Shown: positions 47,190-59,671 of the stretch, in pieces
Layout of the letters: each line of letters opens with the position of its first letter
Numbering within the stretch: position 1 is the stretch's first letter
Source of the DNA: Albugo candida
Lineage: Eukaryota
Length of the DNA stretch: 64,000 nt
Direction of reading: 5' to 3'
Assembly: GCA_040437565.1 (NCBI GenBank)
Contig: JBDOQK010000070.1
Coordinates: forward strand, 62,001-126,000
Notes under the pieces: model-generated
Seen by the model: only the letters and a program-made list of their open reading frames with translations
Told to the model about the DNA's origin: nothing
The model's database searches: none
Position numbers and translations under genes: made by a program

Positions 47190-50100
47190 ATGATGGAATG
47201 TCTTTTTAATCATACTCTTGTGTCGCGGTAGCCTCAAAACCGCAACCGCTCAATACGAAACTGTGTCCAGCGTGTCAATGTTTCAAAGTTGTAAATTTGT
47301 ATAAATGTCCAGAATTACCGTGTTTTGCAAAGTGGTACGCGCACACTACAGTGAACAGAGCCATTCAACTTGGAGTAGGATTCGGGTTGCACATGCAGTT
47401 CTACTTTCCAGTGTCGGACCCGCAGCAATGATCGTCGACTTTTAAAAAAAGTCCACCAAATGCTCGTTGCTTTGCGAGTTGATCCAACATATTTGCAAGC
47501 CGAATGCGTTTCTCTTGATCGTAATACCGTCTTCGGAAGTACAGAACGTGGGCACTAAACTTGGTGCAGATCACGGAAAGTGCTGGAACTGTTGGAGTCG
47601 CTGATCGCTGATCGAACAAACGATGATTCCTATCTTTCATGACGAAGTGCAGCTACACCTCTTGCAATGCAAGCCATGAATCTGACATAATTTGTTGATA
47701 ATCCTTCCATGCTGGCCGTAGCGTCGGCACAATTACACATGTAATATGCCGCCAGCATAGTCGAGAGGAAAAAACTAATCCCAACTAGGAAGAATCTCCT
47801 TCCTTAATCGAGCCGTGTGATCGCACTCGAGAAAGAAATGCTGGTCGAATTCCACTGCGCCACACGAAGGCTGCGTGCACAATATAATGTTAGGCTATAT
47901 GTCCTTTAAAAGCCAGAAACTAGATCGAANNNNNNNNNNNNNNNNNNNNNNNNNNNNNNNNNNNNNNNNNNNNNNNNNNNNNNNNNNNNNNNNNNNNNNN
48001 NNNNNNNNNNNNNNNNNNNNNNNNNNNNNGCTGATCGCTGATCGAACAAACGATGATTCCTATCTTTCATGACGAAGTGCAGCTACACCTCTTGCAATGC
48101 AAGCCATGAATCTGACATAATTTGTTGATAATCCTTCCATGCTGGCCGTAGCGTCGGCACAATTACACATGTAATATGCCGCCAGCATAGTCGAGAGGAA
48201 AAAACTAATCCCAACTAGGAAGAATCTCCTTCCTTAATCGAGCCGTGTGATCGCACTCGAGAAAGAAATGCTGGTCGAATTCCACTGCGCCACACGAAGG
48301 CTGCGTGCACAATATAATGTTAGGCTATATGTCCTTTAAAAGCCAGAAACTAGATCGAAGTGGCAACATCCGAAAGGCCAGACGAAACTTTATATCTTTG
48401 AAAATGGATAGGAGAAGTTTCCGAATATGTCGTGATGTAGTCATAAATGTCTCAACTCGTTGGGAATCCAGTGCGTCCGATCTCTCCCGGGAAGACCGAT
48501 GTGTCAACATCGGATGACTCTTGGTTGTTTTGGGAGGTTCCCAGACGATTCGTGTGAATGGAGCGCGTGAAATCAATGGGGAAGAATACTCTCCTTGCTT
48601 TATACTCTCACATAAAACAACATGCCACTTTCGTTTGGTTGGGGACCTAGTGATGAGACATCGAGTGGATACGCTCTAGTATTTAAGTGACTTCACTGTA
48701 AAGGCGACTAAGCAACCATTCTTCAGCCATATCCGATGTATTCGGCATTTCGTCGTTGTAGGCTGCGAATCTCGGAAAGCGTAGCAAGCGATTTTCGTTA
48801 TGTGCGATGTGGTTCGTTCACCATTCCAAGATGGTACAAAGGATTTGCGTACTCGGATTACGAGTAGGAGCTTCATAATGTAATTCTTGGGAAAATTCAA
48901 ATCCGTGATTGTGATGCCCCACTTCATCTGATGCTGCACTTTAAATTCTTGTTTCCACCAAGATGTGCTACTCCATTGTTAAAAAAATATATACAGCATC
49001 GTGGTTGTCTACTTCATTTTTTGTGACTAGTATTGCACGAAGTCAGGTTCAAGTCCTGTACATTTATTCTTTGCAAAAGTATATGTGAAAGTAAAGATGG
49101 ATTCGAAGGACAGCGCGGCGCTATTTTTTTCCACCGCACATATACATTACATGGAGCGTTGCCTTAAATAAATATGAAAATAACTTCACCAACTGGCAAA
49201 TTTATCAAATGCAATTTCGAGCACTACACTATCGAAGGACATACGGATTGCATACCGTTTTCTTTATAGAATGAGATGATGGTGAAACATGGGTTCAGTT
49301 TATCTAATCCCAAAAAGCTTTCCTCATATTTATAGATGATAAAGGCGAAAATACTGTCAAGACAAACTCAAAATAGTCAAAAAAGAGCTTAACATCCTCA
49401 CTTACCAGTGGAAAAAACATGTGTCATATAAAGCTTCACGGAGGAAATGAAGTAATCGGTTAAAATGCCAAAAATTCTTTGCAAGACTGACTTTCAAAAC
49501 ATTTTACGCCCTAGATAAGAAAAGTTTGCTCGTGGCATATGCCCAACATCTGAGGACTCAGGCAACTCGACAGCTATCACTGCCCTCTTTCCGACATCGT
49601 ACGTCGATAGATTGGGAAAGGTCTCTGCTGCGACGCCAATGTCATTTGCTGACACAAACAAGATGAAAGGATTGAGTCGGCGGCGGGCGTAGCTTCACAA
49701 GTGTGGCTTAAGGTTCTGCGTGTACATTAAAAATGGCACATATTTTGTGGAAGTGGTATAAGATCATTACATGGTTCGCACCAGGAGTACTTTTCCACGA
49801 TTGATGGTCAATCATCGGACAAGCATATGATACATAGAGAGAAGTTGAATAAGCTCTTTCCCAAATCAACAATGACTGCGTCGAATAGGAGCAGACACCC
49901 TGAGACCACTTTAAGGAAAGTAGCCTGATCGGAACTACATAGTTGTCGTCATGTCGTTCAGCCAAAACATCACAGACGATAAATAATATCAAACTAAACA
50001 CTGTTCAGAGCTATGTCGACGTGATAATTTTCAACGTGTTGTGTATGACGAAGCTTTGTGCTTTATCTCTAAAAAAAGCACCATGTGAATGGCAACATTT

Positions 50101-50700
50101 CAGCAGATAGAGTTGGCACAAGGAGAATTAAGCATAATAATCTTGTCGAATTGCCGTGTGCAACCTCTGGGTATTCTATTTGATTTTCTACTCTATTCCC
50201 TCTGGCTATCACGCAATGAGTAATATATCAGACACAATCCAAGCCACCAAACATAGAACGCTTGGATTTGTGGTGAGGAAGAACAACAAGGGGCAACTTG
50301 ATGTCGACTTCGAGTTCTTACTGTCACTATCGCTAATAAAATAGAGCATAATCTGGATAGTATGGTTGCAGCAAACCGATAGTAGTAGTCATCACCATAA
50401 AGAGTGCTTGAAAGTCTTTGCTGGTTTTCAAGGGCCTGTTTCTTCTCGCATGACGGAACAGCGCTTGGTGACTATGTTGCCATGGGCAATAAAATGAAGT
50501 TGAAAAACGCAATATGTGAGGGACAATCTTCAGCTGATGCTCTCACGAAACTTTTCTTACACTTTATCGATGTGAAGTCGAATGTGCCGCATCTATCTGA
50601 CTCCTACAAAGCTTCGGAATTTGATAATAACATAAGTGGCCAAAGTAAGGTTTGATCTGGTCTAACGTCAAGAACCAGTTTGGTAGACACTTGCCGTCTT
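47190..50700 (+). pseudogene. Possible decayed CCG/CHxC-like effector gene
   Basis: Signal-peptide-like WNVFLIILLCRGS at 47194, followed by FQSCKF(frameshift)CI, and downstream CWNC (47581), FRICRDV (48419), FRRCRLR (48748) and KECLKVFAG (50405). No intact ORF. Extent uncertain. Confidence 0.35.
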
Positions 50701-51741
50701 GATCTTCTAAACCTCTTCGTATTGATTATGCGTGATCATAAGCCTTTACTCTCATTTAATAAAGCTTTTAGTGATAAATGCGGCGATGCTCACGCATTTT
50801 ACACAATTTATCAGTATCATGTGGCAAAGGGTAGCGTTTAGGTCGGAGTTAAGCAGCATCTAGAAACGGCAGTGGGTATTTCTAGGGCTGTATAATATAT
50901 CATCAAACAGGAACAAATCTAGAATGATTAAGCTCAGTTGTGGTTGCTGAAGCGTAAACATTACTGGTTAGTCCTATGTAAAAATCAAACAGATTGGCAT
51001 TGCTAGTATGCGCTGGACAGCTGTAGTGATTTGCACAGACGATACCGAATTTTGTACAACGAAACAGTTATATACCTACATAAGAAAGGACGAACTGGGC
51101 AATGTCCACAATGTTCCGACGATTCTAGAATAATGTACACTTGCCAGGTAGCTAAAATACGTATTTTGTATGAATTCAATAAAAGCTGCGAAGACAAAAG
51201 CATGTAAATGGGTTCTTAGCTCAAGGTGCGCCGCCGTACTTAAGAACAATTCAGAAAGCCCGCTGTTTACCTAATCAAACATTGCGCCTGATTTTTTTGA
51301 GATAAAGAATGTCGTTCTGCTTTCTTTATCTACAAATTCTCCGCTCCAGCACGTAGAAAGAGTTCAACGCACGTATTCTATAATATCAAATGTTGTAACT
51401 TGCTAGGTTTAAGGGAAAGCATGCCCCCGCACGTCTTTCTGTGCTCTATAAGTGCTGCGCTTCCGTATGTGTGAACAACGCAGGAGCACACTTCTTACAC
51501 TATTGGATTTTTCTTCTATTTATCACTTTCGAGTTTGAGCATGCTCCCGCACATCCTTTTGCCCTTTTCATCTATATATGATGCACTCCCTACTTATAAA
51601 GAATGCATCCTTTTGCATTTTCTAATAGCTAACCTATTCGGTCGCTAGGTTTCAAGGTAAAGCATAATATTGCGGGCGGAGATACACGCTTCTAGATCCT
51701 GAAAGTCCGTAATTATTGAAAGCCAACCAAACTCATACAAC

Positions 51742-52847
51742 ATGAAAGTACTCGCTCTGAAGGCGTACGTTGTTCTTATGCTTGGTGTGCCACCAGCGTG
51801 CCGTCACTTTGTGGACGCTATAATAGGGTTGAAAGTTTATATACACCCGAAAATCGTCAGCAACAAAGGCCATTTGTTGCTTGAATCGATTGAATTGAGT
51901 GAGAAGTATACTGTCTCGATTGCGTCTTGTACTAGCATGCTGCGAAATGTGGTAGCTAAGAAACTAATGAAGCCTAAACCTCAAAGAATCCGTTTTCGAA
52001 GCTGAAAGATTTCTTTTTGACAAGCCGTTATGGTCGGAGCTCATTGACACAATTCGAAGGCGAGTCATCGACAAGCCTGCTTCGAAATTCAGATAGTACA
52101 GATGAAGATATGAGAGAAATTTCAGAGGACACAAATGATATGTGGGAATTGCCATATGATTCTACGGTGGTGTCGGTCGGCTCTGCTTCATATACAGCAC
52201 ATTGGAATATGGATGGAGAGTCTCTGAAAAGATGGTTCCAAAAAGAACTGCTGTACGCTTCCAGGTCGAAAATAATGATGAATGCTCAAGCTTATGCGAA
52301 AAGACATCGAGGAGTTTATACTTATGAGTGGACAGCAAAGAAAGGCTACGTGTTCAATCTCGGACGTCCAGAAGTGACCCTGGTAAACCCCGTCGAAATA
52401 GAACAAGATGAATTGCTGGGTGTGATATTTGCCGAATCGATGGGTCAGAGAAATGTGCGAATAGATTTTGATATAGAAGCTATCAGGATTCCATCATCAA
52501 ATTATGCAACCGTCCAATCTACTCTCAGTGATCAAAATATTCATACAGTACGAGATGGAAATGGGCGCGTTCACTTCAAAGGAAAATGCTCCGATTTTGA
52601 CTCACTCCAGAAACGCTCTACCTCTCGCAGCATAATGACGCTAAGGCTATCAAAAGGAACATCAAGAGGATACTTCCAAATCGATCCCAACGCATACACC
52701 ATAATAACTGATGAAATTTGTACGGTCCCAATTGAAGCTTCTGGGGATGAGACAATAATACTGGGTACTCCATTATTGAAAGCCTACTCTGTCATTTTCG
52801 AAAACACGAGAGACAAATTGATTTTTTTCCTGCTTCCCAAAGAATAG
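51742..52847 (+). pseudogene. Secreted pepsin-like (A1) homologue lacking the catalytic DTG motifs, split by one frameshift
   Basis: Signal-like MKVLALKAYVVLMLGV. The C-terminal F.IDPNAY.I...C...I...IILGTPLLKAYSVIFE...LIFF matches the pepsin-family C-terminus. The two ORFs are in different frames, both open over about 51978-52002. Confidence 0.6.
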
Positions 52848-54841
52848 CAATTGCTGAAAATGCTTCTCAACTATAAGTAATCATCAGTTTGCTGAGGTGC
52901 AACACAAATGAGACGTAACAGTTGGTTCAGGGCGATAACATAAAAATAAATAATGGGTTACAAGATTAGTTTGATTGTTTTCGAGAACAAAAAGTGGTTA
53001 GTTGTGGCATAATGCTTAGAGCTGAGAGTTTGGGTAGCTCGAGAGCTAAGGCCTCCAAACTTATTGTACTGATAATAGCCTCCGCTCGGATACATCATAG
53101 CAAAGTCCGCTGCAAGCCAAACCATGGAGGGGATTCAGCCGTCGGGAACGAATGTCAGACGCTAAAAAATGACCATGATATTGATGATATCTTGCATTCA
53201 CTCTTGCTTTCTTGGTTTGATCATTGCTTGTTCAAGGCTCTGAAAAATACATGCATCGACATAGCTGTCTTGTTGCCTTACATTTAGATAATGAAATGAT
53301 TCAGACGTAAATTGTGTGCTTTCTCTTCTCCATAAACATTGACAAGATCACTGATGAATGCACCACGCGTTAAGTAAGAAAATCATGCAAGAGATTTTAT
53401 CAAAGCGCGTTGAATGCGGCGCACCCAACAAGTCATCACACCGCCGGGTTATATTCGAATCGGGGGTGAAGTATAGAGCATTATGAGCCGTACATAAATA
53501 AAGTGATGACGTGGTTGGTACCAGAGATCCTTTTTCAACATCTAAAGCTAATTGTCGAAACAGTAACGCTCAAGCAATCTCCCTTTTCAATCCCAGAAGA
53601 TAACAAATGCATAGATAAAAGTAACGAAGCCCGAGTTTAAAAAATCTCAACAATCTTTATCTCTGTCAAGCAGAAGAAACTCTAACCAGCGATGAAAACG
53701 ATGATATAAAGTTGCCTAAAGTATGAGCGTCCAAATGATCTTCAACATCTCGTGTCCAATGGTTCCTAGCTTTCTCAGCAAATTTTGAGCAGGATTGTAT
53801 GGTAGATTGTCAACCAATTGCGCATGGTGAATCCATGCAGCAATTGCAAGGGCTCAGTTGAATGTGTCTATATTACGAAAATTATCTTTAAAAAAAGATA
53901 TACAATCAATTGCGAAACGACTCAACTCAGATACAAATTGGGTGTTATCAGTAATTGGTCTTGCATCGTTAGCTCTGCAGGAAGCAACTCCGTGACCCGA
54001 GTGATGAAAGTCGGCGCTGTAAATTCACAAATTGAAATTATCGATCACCTCTTTCGAATATTTTCAATGACACTGAGCGCAAAGTGGAGTCAATGTCGCA
54101 NNNNNNNNNNNNNNNNNNNNNNNNNNNNNNNNNNNNNNNNNNNNNNNNNNNNNNNNNNNNNNNNNNNNNNNNNNNNNNNNNNNNNNNNNNNNNNNNNNNN
54201 TGCGAAACGACTCAACTCAGATACAAATTGGGTGTTATCAGTAATTGGTCTTGCATCGTTAGCTCTGCAGGAAGCAACTCCGTGACCCGAGTGATGAAAG
54301 TCGGCGCTGTAAATTCACAAATTGAAATTATCGATCACCTCTTTCGAATATTTTCAATGACACTGAGCGCAAAGTGGAGTCAATGTCGCATGTGAAATCA
54401 AACAATGCTTACTTTCTGATCAACTCCAATTGTTTCTTAGTAGTACGACACAGCAGCTGATCAAGGTCCAGGTAGATATTCACCAAGCCGCCTATATCCT
54501 TGACGTATCCTGCATAAAGACTGATAAAAAATAGACCGAACTAAATTATCGCAAACACCTTTGATCGTTCAAAGTAGAGCCACTTTTTTTAGGATTGTTT
54601 GCTATAGTTTTACAAACAAGCTTGTTTAGTCTCTTTCTCCTTCGTACAATTCCGATCAGACAATACAGTGTGATCGGGGAGTCACAGTCTGCAGAAGGTA
54701 AAGTATTCCGATTTTCGGTGATCTTTTTTTTTTTTGAGAGAGTTAGATGGCGGTGTGGTGTAGTTGCCAGCCGTCTTGACACGTCAGAAGCTTTACATAA
54801 GTTGGATGGTATTCACGAGGAGGATATTTTCTCCGACGAGG

Positions 54842-54990
54842 TGTTGAAAGAACCTAACAATGTGGTCTAGGTTTCTAGTCGCACTTGAAATTTAGTTTAA
54901 ACGATTGGTTAGGATTTTAATTTTCTAAAAAAGAAAACCTCAGTTTTGGGAAGTTTCCTGGAACACCGCATCTTCGCTCACCTGCCAACA
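54842..54990 (+). repeat. 5' LTR
   Basis: Matches 56253-56401 with about 11 differences by manual comparison. Confidence 0.92.
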
Positions 54991-56252
54991 AATTATGAGC
55001 CCAACCAAGATTCCACCAGCCAAGACCATGGAAGAATCCGACGGATCAGATGAGTCGAAGATGGACCGAATGATGATGCTGCTGGATACACTCGGAAATC
55101 GACTGGACAAGATAGAAACCGAGCGGAGCGTCGGTTTGCCCGTACCAGCACCACCCGCGCGAGCGGAGAGCTTATTTGCTGGGTCGCGAAACCAAGGACA
55201 GGGTTTGACAATGTCATCCCTGGATGCAAAACCAATGCAGCATCGTGGAAGCGGGATGAGGAGAAGCTTTGTCTATGCCATGCAACATAATGCGCTGGAC
55301 GGGCTAAACCGAGTGAGATTCCCAGCAANNNNNNNNNNNNNNNNNNNNNNNNNNNNNNNNNNNNNNNNNNNNNNNNNNNNNNNNNNNNNNNNNNNNNNNN
55401 NNNNNNNNNNNNNNNNNNNNNNNNNNNNAATGGATGAAGCGCATCCGGTTCTCACGCCTATCGGTCAGGACTACAGTGATAGTACAACATCAAACTCGGA
55501 CTGCTTGGGGATAAGTTCAGTCAAGAAGCCAACTATCAAGAAGTTACAGTCTTTGGCGGGCAGCCTTTTGTGGATTGCGCGCTGCACGCGTCCAGACATA
55601 AGTTTTGCTGTGCATAAGCTGACGAGACGTACTCATGCACCAACAAAAGCCGATTGGGCGTTAGGTGTCAGAGTGGTGAAGTATCTTCAGGGTACAAAAA
55701 GTCTGAAGCTCTATTTGGGTGGTGAAGTATGCACGAATTCCAGAGAAGTCACTCTGGAAGCTTTTTCGGATGCTGATTACGCACCAGATGATGTAACGAG
55801 AAAGAGCATATCTGGTACAGCATTCACTTTGAATGGAATGACGATCAGCTGGTCATGCAAGAAGCAGCACTCAGTAGCATTATCGACGATAGAAGCAGAG
55901 TTTGTAGCAGCATCGAAGGCATCGCAGGAATTATTCAGCGAGTTAATAGCCAAAGTGAAGGAGCCAATGATCTAGTGGATGGATAACCAGACGGCTATCA
56001 GTCAATTTTTCAACGAAGCTACTTCAATCAAGGCAAAACATATCGACGTCCGACTAAAATTCGTCAGAGCTAACGTGGTCAGAAAAATAATCGCACCTAG
56101 GTACGTACATACGTCGAAGATGATGGCCGACTTGCAGACGAAGGCGTTTTCGACGCCAAGATTTCTTCAGCTAAGGGAGTTATGGCAGTTAAGGGATCGG
56201 ACAATGCAAGTTAAAGGTGACACAACTTCAAGTGCAACCGGAAAGGAAGGAG

Positions 56253-56401
56253 TGTTGAAAGAACTTAAACATGTGTTCTAGGTTTCTAGTCGGACTTGGA
56301 ACTTAGTTTGAACGATTGGTTAGGATTTTAATTTTCTAAAAAATAAAACCTCAGTTTTGGCAAGTTTCCTGGAAGACCGCATCTTCGCTCACCTGCCAAC
56401 A
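56253..56401 (+). repeat. 3' LTR
   Basis: Preceded by a polypurine tract; has TG..CA termini. Confidence 0.92.
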
Positions 56402-57383
56402 CGCGGGGCCCCATCAGTCCTGTCGGGCTTATCTTAGACGGTAGAGCATCGGTCTGAGCCCACGGAAGCAGAAGCTTGGTTGATATCTGCTTCCCTAGGT
56501 TCGAAGCAAGACTTGAGTGAAATTCACACGGTGAAGGGCTAATGGTACGATAAGTAAGGTAGCTAAAGAATCAGACAGAGAGTGTAGTGAAATTCTGCAA
56601 TAACTTGTTCAGATTTTGGTCACGGGCATAGACTTGCACGAAAATGCTGGTCACGATCTATGCTAGTATACAAATTGAAGTGTGTCTCAGACCCATGAAA
56701 ATGCCTTGCGAGTCGAAGTTGCGATATTGGCGATACCTGGCTTCAGGGTTTCACCATGCGATTGCGCAATAATGGTCGCTGATGCGAGCAAGAGTTCTGG
56801 ACAATAGCAATCAAAGGGCTTACAAAGTACACCCACGTAAACGAGTATCCATGATGGCAGTCGACACGACAGGGTTGATATAACAGCCGTAAATTTGCGT
56901 GGAAACCTTTGAAAGAATTATTACTTTTTTTCGTTGTTGGTGCAATACAAAAAAATTGTAAGCTAATAAGCTTTTTATGCACGACCCAGTTGCATCATCC
57001 ACGATTAGCGTGCTGCTACAGAAACCATCCTTACGTAGAAAAATTGCCGGACAATCTGTTAGAGTATACATAGAACTGATACGAAGCATACAATATTTTG
57101 AAAGATGTAATTATCTAGGTGAGCCAAGCCCGTAGGGGATCGTCACACTAGTTGAGCAACACTATAATTGTTCACGACGATACTAAGAGTTTATAGGATT
57201 AAGGTTACGAAATGAGCAACGAGTCCGTTTCAACTTTTACATGCAACCATTACCGTTAATAATGAAGCGATCATTCTAATGGGAATAAAAGAGATAATGG
57301 AATGCTAAAACTCGTAACTGCAAACATCAGTTACGGAAATAAATACCACACGAACCGGTGGAAATAGAGCAACGCACTGACTT

Positions 57384-59474
57384 ATGAGTGACAAAAAAAG
57401 CAGCGAGTATTCCCGACTTTCTCATTCGATAAACGAGCCAAAACTGTCTCCGCGCTTATCAAATTCTCCAAGTGAACGTCTTGTTATACAAACGACTTCT
57501 ATCGTAGCTTTGAAGTGCGCTGTCCAGAAAAATATTCATTCTTTTTGGTCTCAGCTTTGGAAGGACACAGCTGGAAAGGGATATCATCGATTGAAAAAAG
57601 CACAAAAAGACATTGTAAAGCCCTCATACCGCTTGGAATGGAGAAATGTCGGCACTGAGTGCTGGTCCAACGTGAACTTTTATCGAAATAACTGGAAATG
57701 CCTCCAACAAGAAATTCTGTGTGGAATTGCTGCGACACTCTTACAAATTCCGGAAACCATAGCATTCAGTTATGTGGCCAACTTGGATCCGCTTATTGGC
57801 TTGCACGCGACGGGAATCCTTGCCATTGTCATAGCTGTGCTTGGGGGTGTTCCTGGAACAATTGCTGGTGCAGCTGGAGCTCTCGCGGTCGTGATGCCTC
57901 AACTTACTGGAAGTTCAGGCGATCTGAGTGAGTATTCGTACTCGGTTCGCGTTTCTCATTTGTACGTGGCTGTTCTACTGGCTGGAATCATGCAATTCTT
58001 CTTTGGCGTGTTCCATTTGTCCAAGTTTTTTTCGATGATTCCAAGAACAGCCCATATTGGTTTTCTAAATGGTTTGGCAATAATGATGCTCAAATCTCAA
58101 TCGACTACTATCAAAAGATGCAAAAATATCTCTGCAAGCGATGCGAAACGGCTCTTTGCAGAATGTGAAGTAGCTGGTGAGTTGGAATGGATGCACATCA
58201 CTGATTTACACCTGATCACGACGCTATTTACGGTTCTGGCGACCATGTGTATCATGCATTTTTTCCCCAAAATACCAAGAATCGGTTCTCTGGTTCCGCC
58301 AACGCTTGTTGTTGCGATTTTTGGAATAGGTTTTGAATTTGGAATCAATCGTCCGCTGTTCAAGTATGACGTCCGAACAATTGGGGATACCTCTTCAATC
58401 TCCGGTGGCTTTCCTTCCTACCATACCCCACAGCTACACGCGATTCATAACTGGTCTGCAGTGATCTCTTGCGCCGCCAGTCTTGCTGCGATTGGAATTT
58501 TTGAATCGATCATGACACTTCAAGCAATCGTCGATCTTCGAAAATCCCGACTTACCTTGCAGGCTTGTCGTAAAGAATCCATCGCTCAAGGTATTGGAAA
58601 TATTCTTTGCGGCTTTTTCCACGGAATGGGTGGGTGTTCCATGATCGCACAATCAACCGGAAACATTATAAATGGAGCTCAGTACCGATTGTCCGGCTTT
58701 ATGTGTGGTATTACAACCTTCATAATTGTGTGTTTTGCCAGTCCGATCATGGAATTAGTGCCTGTAGCTTGTCTTTCGGGCATTCTATTCGTCATTATTG
58801 CGCATACATTTCACTGGAAATCATTGATTTTGATATTTCACATTCGGCTTTGCGATGGATTTACGATCGTTCTTGTGACTCTTCTCGCCGCCACACTCAA
58901 TTTGGCTGTAGCTGTAATCGCTGGCGTCATTTGGCATTCTCTTGTGAACGGATGGGACTCAGGAAAACAGCTTTCCTGTCGAGAGGAAGACGTTCCTCTG
59001 GATCAATTTCTGAGTCAGATTTCACAAGATGCAGGTGTTGGAGACAATTTGGCGCAAGGAATCAAGGAATCGCTACCGGCGTTGATCAAGGTGTATCGCT
59101 TGCAAGGCACACTACTTTATTCCTCGGTAATGCGCTTTCGAGGCTTCTTTCACTCGATCTATCAAGATCCAGCGCTTGTGGTTCTGGACATTTCGCATTG
59201 TCATCTCTCTGATTTCTCAGCTACTGCAGCGCTACAGGAAGTGGCAACTCTTTACTATGATCAGCACAAACTTATGTTACTCGTTCATTTTGCTGACATG
59301 GAATCCTTCGACCTCGTGGTTAATAAGGATATCGGTTGGAATGTCCTGCGGACGCATTCAGATATAGTAGAGGCGATACAAATCTATGTCCATCAAGGTC
59401 AAGACGAATATCTAGAAATGAAAAGTCCGCACGCAGGAAGCGAATCTTTCCTTTTGACCGAAAACGCAAAATAG
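57384..59474 (+). CDS. SulP/SLC26 anion transporter with STAS domain
   Basis: LLQIPETIAFSYVANLDPLIGL, GGVPGTIAGAAGA, GFLNGLAI, ESIAQGIGN..GMGGCSMIAQS, and C-terminal STAS (YRLQGTLLYSS..VVLDISH..DFSA..AL). Confidence 0.93.
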   Translation: MSDKKSSEYSRLSHSINEPKLSPRLSNSPSERLVIQTTSIVALKCAVQKNIHSFWSQLWKDTAGKGYHRLKKAQKDIVKPSYRLEWRNVGTECWSNVNFYRNNWKCLQQEILCGIAATLLQIPETIAFSYVANLDPLIGLHATGILAIVIAVLGGVPGTIAGAAGALAVVMPQLTGSSGDLSEYSYSVRVSHLYVAVLLAGIMQFFFGVFHLSKFFSMIPRTAHIGFLNGLAIMMLKSQSTTIKRCKNISASDAKRLFAECEVAGELEWMHITDLHLITTLFTVLATMCIMHFFPKIPRIGSLVPPTLVVAIFGIGFEFGINRPLFKYDVRTIGDTSSISGGFPSYHTPQLHAIHNWSAVISCAASLAAIGIFESIMTLQAIVDLRKSRLTLQACRKESIAQGIGNILCGFFHGMGGCSMIAQSTGNIINGAQYRLSGFMCGITTFIIVCFASPIMELVPVACLSGILFVIIAHTFHWKSLILIFHIRLCDGFTIVLVTLLAATLNLAVAVIAGVIWHSLVNGWDSGKQLSCREEDVPLDQFLSQISQDAGVGDNLAQGIKESLPALIKVYRLQGTLLYSSVMRFRGFFHSIYQDPALVVLDISHCHLSDFSATAALQEVATLYYDQHKLMLLVHFADMESFDLVVNKDIGWNVLRTHSDIVEAIQIYVHQGQDEYLEMKSPHAGSESFLLTENAK

Positions 59475-59671
59475 TCGCCCGCTCGGTCGACCACTTTCGA
59501 TTGGCTGAGACAAATGCTTTAATGTCCACTCAAAATATATCTGTGCGTTTATGTCTGACACGCAATTTGCGGTCATCAAGGTAGCCATTTCGTAACGTAT
59601 ATCTTCATCCTTTATTTGTGGCTCAAATTTGGACTTTCCTATCTCCCATCGATCCCCCCTTTCACGCGCCA

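Larger units (their letters stand above)
54842..56401 (+). mobile_element. Ty1/Copia LTR retrotransposon (middle hidden in a gap)
   Basis: 149-bp LTRs TGTTG..CAACA at 54842-54990 and 56253-56401; PBS-like AATTATGAGCCC; PPT GGAAAGGAAGGAG; TSD CGAGG/CGCGG; RT/RNaseH motifs GSLLWIARCTRPDISFAV, FSDADYA, SWSCKKQ..VALST.EAEF, DNQ and KHIDVR; in-frame stop at 55973-55975. Confidence 0.93.

Noticed and set aside
41764-54390. Direct repeats around the gaps at 41871, 43672, 47930 and 54101
   Set aside because: All are identical gap-flank overlaps, not biological repeats.
53818-54395. Cys-containing short ORF with CIVSSAG (half of a CCG motif)
   Set aside because: The first Cys and an in-frame signal peptide are missing; too weak to call.
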